Shown here piece after piece: positions 41,935 to 53,542 of a DNA stretch of 64,000 nucleotides. A model generated the notes under the pieces. The model was not told the origin of the DNA. It ran no database searches and saw only the letters and a program-made list of their open reading frames with translations. Each line of letters begins with the position of its first letter. Position 1 is the first letter of the stretch. The stretch covers positions 528,053-592,052 of the forward strand of contig CBDAOC010000019.1 in the NCBI GenBank assembly GCA_965197925.1, written 5' to 3'. Origin of the DNA: Nitrososphaerales archaeon. GTDB taxonomy: Archaea > Thermoproteota > Nitrososphaeria > Nitrososphaerales > UBA213. The position numbers were made by a program, and so were the translations under genes.

Positions 41935-42792
41935 TTATTTCTTATATTTCTGTTCCAGTTGTTTGTACTTGTGTAGTTCTACGAACTTATTGAATTCCTC
42001 AAATTTTACCATATTATTCATCAAAGATTTTGTTACTCCATTATCTTTCAATTCTTGAAACACTTTTCTTATGGCATATGTAGTTGCAAAAAGTGCTGAG
42101 AGCGGGAATACAACAAGTCTGAAACCTAACTTTCTCAATTCTTCTGATGAAAGTAACGGCGTTTTACCTCCCTCCATCATATTTGCAACCAATGGTGCAT
42201 TTACAGATTTACCAATCTTTTTTAGATCATCAATCGTTTGTGGTGCTTCAATGAAAATTGCATCTGCACCTGCCTTCCTATACTCCCTTCCTCTTCTGAT
42301 AGCTTCATTGATGTTATGAGGTTCTATTGCATCGGTCCTTGCAACGATGATGAATTCTTTATTTCTCCTAGCATCTATTGCAGCTTTTAATTTTGGTATA
42401 TACTCTTGAGTTGAAACAGTTTGCTTCCCTGACATATGCCCACATCTCTTAGGCCATTCCTGATCTTCTAGGAAAACACCTACTACTCCAGCAGCTTCAA
42501 GGTCACGTATCAATCTCCATACAGTTAAGGGATTGCCATACCCTGTATCAATATCTACTATAAGAGGAATGGAAATTGCTCTTGTTATCTTCCTTGCCTG
42601 TTCAACTGCTTCACCTGCGTTCAGAAACCCGTAATCGGGCATGCCCAAAATTCCTGCAGATACACTATAACCTGACTGAAACACAACATCAAAGCCAACC
42701 TCTTGAGCAATTCTGGCACTCAATGCATCATAAATTCCTGGCATAACTATAATATTGCCTTTGTCCCGAAGTTGTTTTAGTATTGATTTCAT
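41935..42792 (-). CDS. Isocitrate lyase/PEP mutase family protein (methylisocitrate lyase-like)
   Basis: DIDTGYG, EDQEWPKRCGH and ARTDA. Confidence 0.9.
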   Translation of the reverse strand: MKSILKQLRDKGNIIVMPGIYDALSARIAQEVGFDVVFQSGYSVSAGILGMPDYGFLNAGEAVEQARKITRAISIPLIVDIDTGYGNPLTVWRLIRDLEAAGVVGVFLEDQEWPKRCGHMSGKQTVSTQEYIPKLKAAIDARRNKEFIIVARTDAIEPHNINEAIRRGREYRKAGADAIFIEAPQTIDDLKKIGKSVNAPLVANMMEGGKTPLLSSEELRKLGFRLVVFPLSALFATTYAIRKVFQELKDNGVTKSLMNNMVKFEEFNKFVELHKYKQLEQKYKK

Positions 42793-43333
42793 GCTTTAAT
42801 TGTTACATGGAAATTATTTAACTTTCACTGATTGTCATGATGGAATCAACAAATTTGGTTAACACACTAGGTGCATTCTCAAGAAGGGCTAGTCCTGTGA
42901 GCACTATAATACTAGATTTATGGAATAGTAACTGCTTTCACGACATCCTACAAATGAATCGAGTGGTCAATAATAATTATCATTAGTAGTGTAAATCCTT
43001 CATTGCTATCAATAGGTCTTGACAATGGATGTTGATTTTTATTTGTCTGACAATAAACAGCTTTTACCTCTTGTAAGTAATCAGACTGTAAGTATGCTCA
43101 TACATTCAGATTTACTAAATAACCTGTTTGAATAGAATTATTCCATAGGCATTGATGGTTCGATTCGAGTATTCACTATATATTAGATACTTGACCCAAA
43201 GTCAAAGGATATACGCCCAAGATGATTACAATCCTGGTTGGATAAATACAGACGAATGTATCATGGTGGACAGACTGTATTTTTTATTGCGGAAATTGGA
43301 AAATATGTATGAATGATAAGGTTGGGATGAGAT

Positions 43334-43795
43334 ATGCAAATAATCCATAGTCATAGAGCAAAACTAGCTGTAGGTATAATTCTAATATCTATTGGTTTCG
43401 CAAGTATGTCACTGTATATGCTTTCTACCATATTTCATCCATTAGTTGGATTTAATGAAGTGTTTGGTAAGGCCATGGGGAATCTAATTGAGAGTGAGAG
43501 TGATACTCAAGAAATTTTGCTGGGTAGATATCTAGGAAACATGCCCCTGATGATTTTTGGCATAATTTCGGTTGTTGTTGGAAATTGGTTTCGAAATACC
43601 AGTAAACATATTGTTAATTCAGTACTTGCAATGAGCGTAATAATATTCATTATAGGACTAGTTGCGGTGATTCAGATTTTGAGTAGTTCAGATTTATTTG
43701 CTCCCTCTGAAGTGATAGGCCAGATCAGGGATCTACCTGAGGAAATTAAGAGAATGGTAGAACTTACCAAAGGAGCAATGTCTGGTGATTTGTAG
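43334..43795 (+). CDS. Membrane protein, unknown function
   Basis: 153-aa ORF with three hydrophobic segments. Confidence 0.65.
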   Translation: MQIIHSHRAKLAVGIILISIGFASMSLYMLSTIFHPLVGFNEVFGKAMGNLIESESDTQEILLGRYLGNMPLMIFGIISVVVGNWFRNTSKHIVNSVLAMSVIIFIIGLVAVIQILSSSDLFAPSEVIGQIRDLPEEIKRMVELTKGAMSGDL

Positions 43796-43989
43796 AGAAT
43801 GTATGGGAATTATTTGGATCACCAACTTAATTTTCTCTTTTTTTGAGATGTGATTTATTCAAACCAATAAATTAGTGGGATAACAACATTAGAGTTTAAA
43901 CATATCTAATTTACAAAGTTTGAATCTTCTCTCATGGGTGGATGTATCTTAACTGACAGACTTTAATTTTTATTGTCTAAATTGGGTAA

Positions 43990-44843
43990 ATATGTACGAA
44001 CCAGCTCAATAATCTCAGCCCTGAAGAATTGGATGATATCTGCCTAGCCATGCGAACCCTTTTGAGATCATCTAAACAGGGTCTTAAGTATAATGATATT
44101 GTTGAACAAATGAAGGAAAAAGGATCTCGAGCAACAATAAACAAGCATCTTAGGCACCTCGAGGAAAAAGAATACGTTACCTGTAACCTCGTTCGCACAG
44201 ATAAAGGGCGGTCAACAATTTACAAGTGGAACCCGACACTCAAAAATCATATCCTACAAGCCTCTCTACGTATTTATGTATGTGAAAAACACTCAAAATT
44301 TTCACTACACCAAACGACAAGGTTCATCACACAACGATCTATAATTTTAGGAATCAGTCAGATGATGTACAGCAGTTCCTTGGTATCTTTATATTTGGCG
44401 ATGTGTCCAGAACCTAGGAGGAGATAAATCCCCATATTTATGAAGAGGGTATAAAAAGAATAGAACTTGGTCCTTCCAATATCTCCGTTGCGGATTATGG
44501 TCTTAGAAAAATAATCTCTGCAAGATTTAATTCTCCCCTATATACCGGAAAAGAGAAAATCATTAGGTTTGATTATGATTGGGAGGAACCCCATCAATAT
44601 TGGGAATTTGGAAGGGGGGATAACCAACCTAACCTCTATGAATTTGAGCTTGTATATCCACATGAGAAAAACTACAAATTCTTTGTCTATGAGATGTACT
44701 TCCTAACTCAATTAAAAAAGTTGGCCAAGAATGAACCTCATGTCAGTGAAAAAGGTGGAAAGAAGTTCATCAAATGGCAAATTGAGGATCCCCAAATAGG
44801 ACAGGGCTTTAGATTCGAATGGAGTAATAATATTCCTACTTGA
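43990..44843 (+). pseudogene. Winged-helix regulator with a C-terminal beta-rich domain, disrupted
   Basis: HTH (SRATINKHLRHLEEKEYV). After a frameshift at ~44325 and a TAG at ~44414, another frame continues to ...FDYDWEEP...GQGFRFEWSNNIPT* at 44843. Confidence 0.65.
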
Positions 44844-45126
44844 ACAACAGCTCGACATTGGAGAAACTAAAACGTGCTGATCGAATTAGAGTGTTACAAA
44901 TGGAATTAGGTAAAATAATAATTTAGCTATTTGATTTCATAATTTCCCCTTTTGAATCCTAATAAAGCATAATAACCCAAAATTACCAATAGATTAATTC
45001 CTTATTGGAGAAGAATTCCTATTATTGATTAAACTAAGATGGTAGGGACAATATGAACTTCCTTCTAATTTACATGCTTATCATCAAGCAACCACGCATA
45101 CATTTAAGAATAGTTTTATCATGTGG

Positions 45127-45511
45127 TATGATGTCTATGTCAAACAAGGAAGAAATACAGAAAAATAAGGAGATTTGTAGTAAGATAATTACAATTAACC
45201 CAAAGATCAGATATGTTGGCATGATCAACAAATTTGGGAAGACAATTGCGGGTGATCTTAGAAAGGGAATAAGGCCCTTGTTTAAGCCAGAACAGGCTAG
45301 AGACGAGTTTTTTCTGGCGGCCACTCGGGAATTCCTGCGAAAGGACTTTAACTCAACATTGGGAAGAATATTTTTCACATTAACTATGCATGAGAAGGTA
45401 AAGATAGTGTCATTCACTGTTGGTATCGTTGCTTTTTACATAACCGTGGAGAAGGACGTATCATACGATGAATTAGAAAATATAGTGAGAGTTGCAAAGT
45501 CCAAAGTTTGA
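45127..45511 (+). CDS. Roadblock/sensor-like thaumarchaeal protein (DUF6659-like)
   Basis: KIRYVGMINKFGKTIAGDLRKGI...HEKVKIVSF pattern; start codon uncertain. Confidence 0.65.
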
Positions 45512-46108
45512 TCAATGGGATCCTATTTTTTTCCGGACAACAATTACACCGATTATAACTGCAGCAATTAAAATTGCAATAATTTCGAAGCTTCCTTGCA
45601 ATATTAGCACAATTTGCTCTCCCCAGATCATTATTACCGCAGCCTCGGCAAAGAAACGAGCACCCCTTCCAATTGTCGATGCTATGATAAATCGTTTAAC
45701 ATTCAACCTTACTATCCCTGAAGCTATTGTGAATATCTTATATGGGATTGGTGAAAATCCAGCAACAAGCACGGCCCATGCCCCATACCTTTCAAAATAA
45801 TTTTCTACACGTTTTATTTTACTTTCTGAAAATAATCTTAATGCTAAAGGTCTTCCTCCTTTCAAACCAATAAAGTATCCTAAAATGCCTCCCAATACTG
45901 AGCCTATTATTGTTACAAAAGCATAGTATATACCTAAAGATGGAGTAAATAGAACAAGTGGTATCAACACTATATCGGGAGGCACTGGAAATATTGAAGA
46001 TTCCAGAAATGATATAATGAACAATCCTGTTTCTCCCAAAGGTAAAAAAATATCTTTGCTCCATTCCAGCAGTTCCTCTACAATTGCCATGCACGCCTCC
46101 AGCTTCAT
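45512..46108 (-). CDS. YqaA/DedA (VTT domain) membrane protein
   Basis: FLESSIFPVPPD, SPIPYKIFTIASG and GRGARF. Confidence 0.9.
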   Translation of the reverse strand: MKLEACMAIVEELLEWSKDIFLPLGETGLFIISFLESSIFPVPPDIVLIPLVLFTPSLGIYYAFVTIIGSVLGGILGYFIGLKGGRPLALRLFSESKIKRVENYFERYGAWAVLVAGFSPIPYKIFTIASGIVRLNVKRFIIASTIGRGARFFAEAAVIMIWGEQIVLILQGSFEIIAILIAAVIIGVIVVRKKIGSH

Positions 46109-46295
46109 GCTAAATATAATAATTAGGAATCCAAGAAGTTAATCTATAGCAATAATGTTTCCTTGGGTTAAAAAATTTAAATAGACCTAAATTGGTATAC
46201 ACATCGTCGATGAAACCAGGGCCAGTTTTAGTGGTGGAAAGTCTACTAGCAATATTATTTATTCCTATGGTTCCTGATGAGAATTACTTCCATGA

Positions 46296-47522
46296 ATGGC
46301 AAAGATCCAACAAGAGGGGGTATTGTTTAAGATGAATTTGAAATCGGTGTTCCTGGCGTTGGCGCCATTATTAATTCTTGGTGGAGTTGTTTACTATCTT
46401 ATGGGTCCAGGAACTTCCTTCCTATTCACAACGGAACCGTTGCCGGAAGTTACGATCGAAAATGTGGAGTTCAAGAGAGGAGAGATAATTGCACATATAC
46501 GCAACACTGGTCAAGATGAAATTACAATCTCGCAGGCAGACATAAATGATGACATATGGGAAGCTGTGATAGAGCCAACAAACGTCTTGCCTAGGTTGGG
46601 AACTGCAAAAGTAATATTAAAGTATCCATGGGTCGAAACACTTCCATATGAAATTGGTATAACGACCTCTGACGGTACAAGGTTTTCCTTTGGTATAGAG
46701 GCCGCCACATTGAATCCTGAGGCTAACATGGAGCAACTGACATACTTTGCAATTTTGGGCTCATATGTTGGTGTTATTCCTGTGATGATTGGTCTATTAT
46801 GGTTTCCATTCATGAAAAGAATGAGTAAGCAATGGTATCATTTCTTGTTAAGCCTGACTGTCGGTCTACTGATTTTCCTTGCAATTGATGCAATCAAGGA
46901 GTCATTTGAAGTTACTGAAAATATGCCGAGTGTATTCAGAGGTGAGATTCTTATTGTAAGTGCTGTCGTGGCAACCTTCCTTATCCTAATGATGTTCTCA
47001 AACAAAATGACTACAAAAACCATAACAACGGAAACAATGGGTGTTAGTACCAAAGGTGTTAGTACCAAACAGCTTTATGGACTATCTCTTTCATACATGG
47101 TTGCTATTGGCATTGGATTACACAATTTAGGAGAAGGGCTTGCGATCGGCGCTGCTGCTGCCTTGGGTGCAATAGCTCTAACGAAATTCCTTGTGATAGG
47201 GTTTACCATACATAACACAACTGAAGGATTGGCAATAATAGCTCCAATTGCAAGGCAGAAGGCAAGGATAATGCACTTGGCTGCATTAGGTTTGATAGCT
47301 GGTGTTCCAGTAATTGCTGGAACTTGGGTAGGCGGTTTTACCTTCATGCCTATGGCATCAGTGATATTTCTGGCAATAGGTGCTGGTGCAATATTCCAAG
47401 TTGTATATTCCATAATCAACTGGATAAACAAGGAGTCGGGTAGCAAATTCACTTCGCCTTATAGTGTCGCTGGATTCATTGTAGGTTTGGCAGTAATGTA
47501 CTTGACTGGCTTGCTTATCTAA
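46296..47522 (+). CDS. ZIP (GufA-like) metal transporter with an N-terminal extracellular domain
   Basis: GIGLHNLGEGLAIG and HNTTEG motifs. Confidence 0.88.
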   Translation: MAKIQQEGVLFKMNLKSVFLALAPLLILGGVVYYLMGPGTSFLFTTEPLPEVTIENVEFKRGEIIAHIRNTGQDEITISQADINDDIWEAVIEPTNVLPRLGTAKVILKYPWVETLPYEIGITTSDGTRFSFGIEAATLNPEANMEQLTYFAILGSYVGVIPVMIGLLWFPFMKRMSKQWYHFLLSLTVGLLIFLAIDAIKESFEVTENMPSVFRGEILIVSAVVATFLILMMFSNKMTTKTITTETMGVSTKGVSTKQLYGLSLSYMVAIGIGLHNLGEGLAIGAAAALGAIALTKFLVIGFTIHNTTEGLAIIAPIARQKARIMHLAALGLIAGVPVIAGTWVGGFTFMPMASVIFLAIGAGAIFQVVYSIINWINKESGSKFTSPYSVAGFIVGLAVMYLTGLLI

Positions 47523-47773
47523 TAGAGCAATTACTCTGTCCATCAAAGCAGTAATTTGAAATAAAGAGGTCTTGTTGGTATAATCTGCAATTCAGATATG
47601 GTAGTTTTTCAGTTCTGAACAGGTTACCAGAAATCCCAAAATCAATTTGATCTAATGATCTGAAGGGAAGTAGCTTTTGCCCTTCAATGGATTGAAATAC
47701 AAATGGATGCTATCACTTCAGCGGCTTTCTGAGTGAGATGGAATTAGTTCATTATCATACTATTGATAATCAT

Positions 47774-48645
47774 CAACTCATCTCAAAACTAACCATTTAG
47801 ACAATTTTTAGCGACCATTTAGATCCATGAATAGCGACATCTAAAATTATTTTATGAAATTCCAAGAATTATCAGACAAACAGTGGAGTATGATAGAATC
47901 ACACATACCACCACATGCAAAAACTGGCAGGCCTAGGGATGATGATAGAAAAATCATTAACGGAATAATCCATGTTCTAACTACTGGATGCCGATGGGAC
48001 GATATGCCAAAAAGATATGGTGATGATTCTACTGCAAACAGAAGGTTAAACAAATGGCAACAAAAAGGAATCTGGAAAAAGATTCTATCACGTACTATTC
48101 ACTCAGCACATAAATCTGGCAAAATTAGTCTACAAAAAATATCAGCTGACTCTTCATCCATTCCTGATAAAAAAGGGGCAATGTAACTGGATATAATGGA
48201 TTCAAGAGAATAACAGGTACAAAAATACATGCCGCAGTAGAGAGTAACGGATTTCCAATATCCATACTGTTGAGTCCAGCAAATGAACATGACAGTACAA
48301 AATGCATGGATGTTACAGGATCAATTTCAGACTATCTTGATGATGATTCAATACAACAGATAGAACCAGTTTATGCAGACAAAATGATGCAAAATACATC
48401 AGAATGTATTTGTGGGATAGAAATATTGCATGTTGCATCCCATACAAAATAAATTCCAAGTTCATCTTGCAAAATAATGATTACAAACATTACAGCAAGA
48501 CAAGATTTGTAGTTGAGAGATTCCTTGCATGGCTCAAGAATGGATTTCACAGAACAAGAACCAGGTATGAAAGAACGGCAAAACTACCTGGCATTTGTTA
48601 ATCCTGCATCATTTTTGATGTATTGTAGGGTTTTGAGATGAGTTG
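47774..48645 (+). mobile_element. IS5-family element type A, copy 4 (defective)
   Basis: 16-bp TIRs. orfA is intact and orfB has two frameshifts. Flanks are CAT and TAT. Confidence 0.95.
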
Positions 48646-48680
48646 TATATACTATTGTATATCAAAAATTCAAGAATAAA

Positions 48681-50801
48681 CTAATCATGAGTAAAATTAT
48701 ATTTCTGTATTTTTCCCCATTTCACAAGTGCACTCGCACTCGTTACCCATGGTAACACTTCATGATAAACGGGTATTTCCTTTTCCTCGATTGCCTTTGA
48801 CATTTTCTCTGTAAATGGTCCACCAATACATCCAACCAATATTGGTTTCTTATGCTCTTTCTGGAATTCTGCCAAAACTTCAACTATGCTTTCTTCAAGA
48901 GGATCATCCTGAAATACAAACCAAGGCATAATTATGTCAACGTTTGTATCTTCCAAAAACTTGCGAATGGCAAATTGGTAATCAGCAGCAACAGCAGAAC
49001 CTGTAACATCCATCGGATTTCCTGTTGGGAATGTAGGGGGATAATGTTCCTTCATTTCCTTCAAAGTCTCTGTATCTATATTAGCAACTTCAATTCCATA
49101 CTTCTCGAACTGGTCAATAGCAGCAATCATAGGCCCTGCACCATTAGAAACCAAACCTATTTTATTTCCTTTGGGTACTGGTTGCCAAGCCAAAGCCTTC
49201 AGAACACCACCAAGTTCTGAATAACTATCCACCGATATAATACCAGCCTGATCGAATGCACCTTTTACGACTGCATGTGTCCCTCCAAGAGATCCAGTAT
49301 GTGAGGCGGCCTGAATTGCACCCCTAGCCGTTCTTCCACTCTTCAATACTACTACCGGTTTTCCCTTCTCCTTCATAACCTGCATGGCAGTGTTAACAAA
49401 CTTCCTTCCATCACCAAAACCTTCGACGTACAACCCAATCACCTTCGTACTTGGATCCCCTGCCAGATACCATATCATGTCTGCTTCATCGACATCGGAT
49501 CTGTTCCCATAGCTAATCATTTTGCTCATTCCAAAGGTCTCTGCCGTTTCCATGAAACTAATACCAATAGTTCCACTCTGGGTCAGAAAGGCAACTGGTC
49601 CCATGGGGGGCCTTAACATTCTACTGTGACCCTGGAAAGCAGCGTCAAGCCTGTTCTCACCATTGAACATCCCAATACAATTTGGTCCTATGACACGTAT
49701 CTGGTGCTTTTCTGCAAGATCTTTTATCTTCCTTTCTGCCTCCGCTCTCTCTCCTCCCAGCTCTTTCCCCCCACCAGATATTACAAGAACATTATGGATT
49801 CCCAGTTTTGCACAATTCTCCATTATACCTGAAGTTTGTAAAACATCAACACAAACAACAACAAGGTCAATAAGTTTCTTTATTTCTTCCAAGGATTTGT
49901 AGCACTTTTTGTTCATTATTTCATCTCTCTTAGGATTGATCGGGAATACCTCTCCCTTGAACTCATGGTTAACAAGACTATCAAGCACAGAATAGCCAAC
50001 TTTAGCCGGTGTTGCCGAAGCGCCTACAAGTGCTACGGAGTTTGGATAGAAGAACTTTTCCATAAATTTTGAGTTGGCTACAGTTGTAGATATGGGATTC
50101 AGTAATGGTTCATCTCTTAATAGTATCTTAGCATCAACTACTTTGTAATCGGAGGGATAAACTACTACAGGATTAAAGTCAACACTTTCATAATAAGCTG
50201 CCATCTCTGTTCCTAGTTTACCAATCTTTACCAGAGCGTCTGCAAGCATATCCAAATCGACCGGTTCAGAACCCCTGAAACCCTGTAATATCTTCTTTCC
50301 CTGTAAATCGCCAAGCATAGATTTAGCATCCTCTTTCGTTATTGGAACCATCCTGAATGACACATCTTTAAAAACTTCTGTAAATATTCCACCCAAACCT
50401 ACCATTATTACGGGACCAAACTGATGGTCATACTGCAAACCAACTATTAGTTCCACTCCAGGAGGAACCATCTTTTCCAAGAGAACACCCTTTACATTAT
50501 GTTTTCCAGATAACCTATCATACATATCATTGAATACCTCCCTTGTCTCCTTTTCAGAAGAAACACCTACTTTCACACCTCCAACGTCCGTCTTATGTAA
50601 AATTTGTGGGGACACTATCTTCATAACCAGCGGGAAGCCTATTCTTGTTGCCTGGGTTACAGCTTCATCGGCTGAATTAACCAGAGCATAATCAGGAACC
50701 TTCACACCGTACTCAGTAAGTATCTGCTTTGCTTGCTCTTCCGTTATAACTTTCTCTTTACCTAATATCATTCTCTTGAAAATCTGCTCTACAGCCACCA
50801 T
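48681..50801 (-). CDS. 3-hydroxypropionyl-CoA synthetase (ADP-forming), 3HP/4HB cycle
   Basis: N-terminal ATP-grasp ([13 protein letters not shown]) followed by CoA-binding/ligase domains (GPNCIG, SHTGSL); 706 aa. Domain order and N-terminus resemble Nmar_1309. Confidence 0.85.
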   Translation of the reverse strand: MVAVEQIFKRMILGKEKVITEEQAKQILTEYGVKVPDYALVNSADEAVTQATRIGFPLVMKIVSPQILHKTDVGGVKVGVSSEKETREVFNDMYDRLSGKHNVKGVLLEKMVPPGVELIVGLQYDHQFGPVIMVGLGGIFTEVFKDVSFRMVPITKEDAKSMLGDLQGKKILQGFRGSEPVDLDMLADALVKIGKLGTEMAAYYESVDFNPVVVYPSDYKVVDAKILLRDEPLLNPISTTVANSKFMEKFFYPNSVALVGASATPAKVGYSVLDSLVNHEFKGEVFPINPKRDEIMNKKCYKSLEEIKKLIDLVVVCVDVLQTSGIMENCAKLGIHNVLVISGGGKELGGERAEAERKIKDLAEKHQIRVIGPNCIGMFNGENRLDAAFQGHSRMLRPPMGPVAFLTQSGTIGISFMETAETFGMSKMISYGNRSDVDEADMIWYLAGDPSTKVIGLYVEGFGDGRKFVNTAMQVMKEKGKPVVVLKSGRTARGAIQAASHTGSLGGTHAVVKGAFDQAGIISVDSYSELGGVLKALAWQPVPKGNKIGLVSNGAGPMIAAIDQFEKYGIEVANIDTETLKEMKEHYPPTFPTGNPMDVTGSAVAADYQFAIRKFLEDTNVDIIMPWFVFQDDPLEESIVEVLAEFQKEHKKPILVGCIGGPFTEKMSKAIEEKEIPVYHEVLPWVTSASALVKWGKIQKYNFTHD

Positions 50802-50921
50802 TCAGTAACCCTTGTGTCATAAACCAAGACATTGTTTTTATAAAGTTTATGGATACCATAATTGTTCCAGATTTAACTTCGCTTGCTTTTAAGGTTCCAT
50901 CTAAAAGACAATCAACTGGGT

Positions 50922-51615
50922 TTATTTTATCATCTTCCTAAAATTTCGATACAAAATTCCAGCATATTCATTCAGAGTATTAACATTCTCTGTTAGATTT
51001 GTAACCACTTCTTCTACATTTATGTAATTATGCACACTCTCTAATTCTGATTTATACTTTACTATCCAATCCAATACCATATATTTCGAAACTTCCACAT
51101 GGAACTGTAAGCCTAAACCACTCCCTACTCTAAATGCTTGTACTGGATATAGTTCAGATTTACATAATGTTACTGCGCCCTTCGGCAAATCATAAGTATC
51201 GCCATGCCACTGAAAAACCGTGATACATTTCTTCAAACCATCAAAGATGTCTTTCATACCTTCATTCGTTAATTCAATGGTGTACCAGCCTATCTCCTTT
51301 CTTGGACCTTTGTACACTCTACCACCGGTTGCCTTTGCAAGTAGTTGGGAGCCCAAGCAAATTCTTAGTGTTAGTATATTCTTTGCAATGGCCTCTTTAA
51401 TGAGTGTCTCTTCATCCCTCAAATATTGGTGATCTTTGTAAACACTTGTGGGTCCACCCAGTACTATCATTGCATCAAAACCATCTATAATATTGGGTAT
51501 TTTTTTACCATCATCAATAATGAACCTATTAATTTAAGCCATCATTGTCAAACATAGGTTGTAAAGTGCCTAAATATTCGCAATGAGCATTCTGTATAAC
51601 CAGTAGGCGTTTCAT
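50922..51615 (-). pseudogene. Type 1 glutamine amidotransferase, disrupted near the N-terminus
   Basis: MKRLLVIQNAHCEYLG... stops at ~51530. The downstream frame has LGGP, ICLGSQ, WHGDT and QFHVE. Confidence 0.75.
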
Positions 51616-52168
51616 TATATTATATCAATTTTGATTTTTTATAAGGATGATAGGAAAGTTCCTTCTTTCAAATTATACAGGAATTTGGAACTAGCTTATG
51701 TGGATACGAAAGTATGATCTTATTTAGTAATTTTATCATCATACCCTCATGGAATTAGATCTAAATGAGGTTCTGTCCTATAGATTAGATGTTTGATTAG
51801 TGGAAGTAACTTGTAATACAAATTACCAAATGATTGAATATAAGGTAGGTAAAAATTATTTGTGCAAGAGAAATAGAAGCTGAAGATGTTGTAAAGGAAT
51901 TAATGGAACCTTCGAAGGTGAACTGTGAACCATGCATACACGAAATTGCTCATATATTACAAATTCAGAAACAACAAACTTATAATTGATTTATTGCACG
52001 GAACGAGTATCTGAACAATAGAATAGACATTAGAATTCAAGGAGATAATATTAGATAAGTACATCAGCTTAAAACAGATTAACTCTCCAATTCCATCACA
52101 GGGTCACTGTCTTAATGATATAGGATTAAAATAGTAGCCATAGGTAAATGAACACTAGAGATTGTAGC

Positions 52169-52621
52169 TCAAGCCTGTTGTAGTGGTGATGGAAGAATAG
52201 GTTGTGGTATGCCCGGGAACAAGATTCCAAGTACAAACACAACAATGAAACTTGTTATTATAAATACAATTATCGCAAGTAGTGCTATTCCTATTGCAGC
52301 TTTCCATCCAGTCTTAAAACTGGATTTATAAACCCAAAGCCAAACAAAAAGCGCCAGTATTATCGCAAGTAGAGTAGCCGAGCCTCCTACAACAAAGCCA
52401 AGTACTTCCGTGACCAATATTAGAACCAAAATATATGCCAAAGGTCCCAATATCGTGGCTCCCATTGCCTGCGTAAACTTTGCCATACCACTTGTAACTA
52501 ATCTAGCGGCAAAGTAAACAGGAATTGAAACTATAATCCATAGTCCAAGGAGCGTAGGAACTAAAAAAATCATCGCCTCAATGTCTATTCCTGTCAAACC
52601 CCTTTTTGATAGAAAGGACAC
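52169..52621 (-). CDS. Membrane protein, unknown function
   Basis: Four hydrophobic helices. Confidence 0.7.
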   Translation of the reverse strand: MSFLSKRGLTGIDIEAMIFLVPTLLGLWIIVSIPVYFAARLVTSGMAKFTQAMGATILGPLAYILVLILVTEVLGFVVGGSATLLAIILALFVWLWVYKSSFKTGWKAAIGIALLAIIVFIITSFIVVFVLGILFPGIPQPILPSPLQQA

Positions 52622-52711
52622 CTATTAATCGTTAACCTCTAAACAACTTGAAGCTTAATGATTGAATTAGTAATATTCATTTAAATTCTGCTATTAGAAC
52701 TAATTGCATCT

Positions 52712-53146
52712 ATGATAAACATAGATCAAAATGAAGTGTGTCAAGTGCAAAACTTTGTAAACAGACTGAATGAAGAATCTAATGATGGTGCGATTGTGGT
52801 CGTTGAGGGGAAGAGGGACGTTAATGGATTAGCTTCTTTAGGTTTCAGAGGAAATATTATTACCATCAATAGCTTCAGGGGAATAAATAGGTTAGTCGAG
52901 AGTTTAGAGAAAGAAACTAAGGTAATACTTATGCTTGATATGGATCGAAAGGGGAAGTATCTTACACACAAGATCCTCACTCTCTTGCAACGCAATGGGA
53001 AGAGTGTAGATATATTCCAAAAGAAGATATTATCTGAAATAACAAAGGGTAAAGTTAGACATATAGAAGAAATTATTGTTTATTCAAAATACATTTCCGG
53101 TATAAGCACAATATACATTGGTGGATCTGTATCTTGGATAAGTTGA
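52712..53146 (+). CDS. Small Toprim-domain protein
   Basis: VVVEGKRD and DMDRKG. Confidence 0.88.
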   Translation: MINIDQNEVCQVQNFVNRLNEESNDGAIVVVEGKRDVNGLASLGFRGNIITINSFRGINRLVESLEKETKVILMLDMDRKGKYLTHKILTLLQRNGKSVDIFQKKILSEITKGKVRHIEEIIVYSKYISGISTIYIGGSVSWIS

Positions 53147-53542
53147 TATAACAAATCATATCATAAATAAAGGACTTGAATCAAAGTTTTGAAGGATTAT
53201 GACATTACAATATAGTTGTCACTAGAATGACTAAACATCATTAATGATCTGAAAATTATAAACTATAGAAGAATTGTATAAACACTGAACAGGAATTTAC
53301 TAATTAGAATGGTACCAGTCCTGCTATGATTCATTCGTTACTTATGAAATTATCATTAGCAAAAACGTTCGTTTTACGATAATGGTTGCCTAGCTCTTCT
53401 AACTTAACTTATGAACCTACTTTATCGCCATATAAAGAACACTTCAACCTCTAAATTCTATCATTAGAGATGTTTTATAACTCAAAGCACTTATATCTAG
53501 GGATAATTCTCTTGAAATTAGATTAATTTAGGAGGTTAAAAC

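Noticed and set aside
10809..48645. Simple inversion between IS-A copies 2 and 4
   Set aside because: An inversion predicts inner flanks that are reverse complements of the opposite outer flanks (ATA). The observed inner flanks are TAT and CAT.
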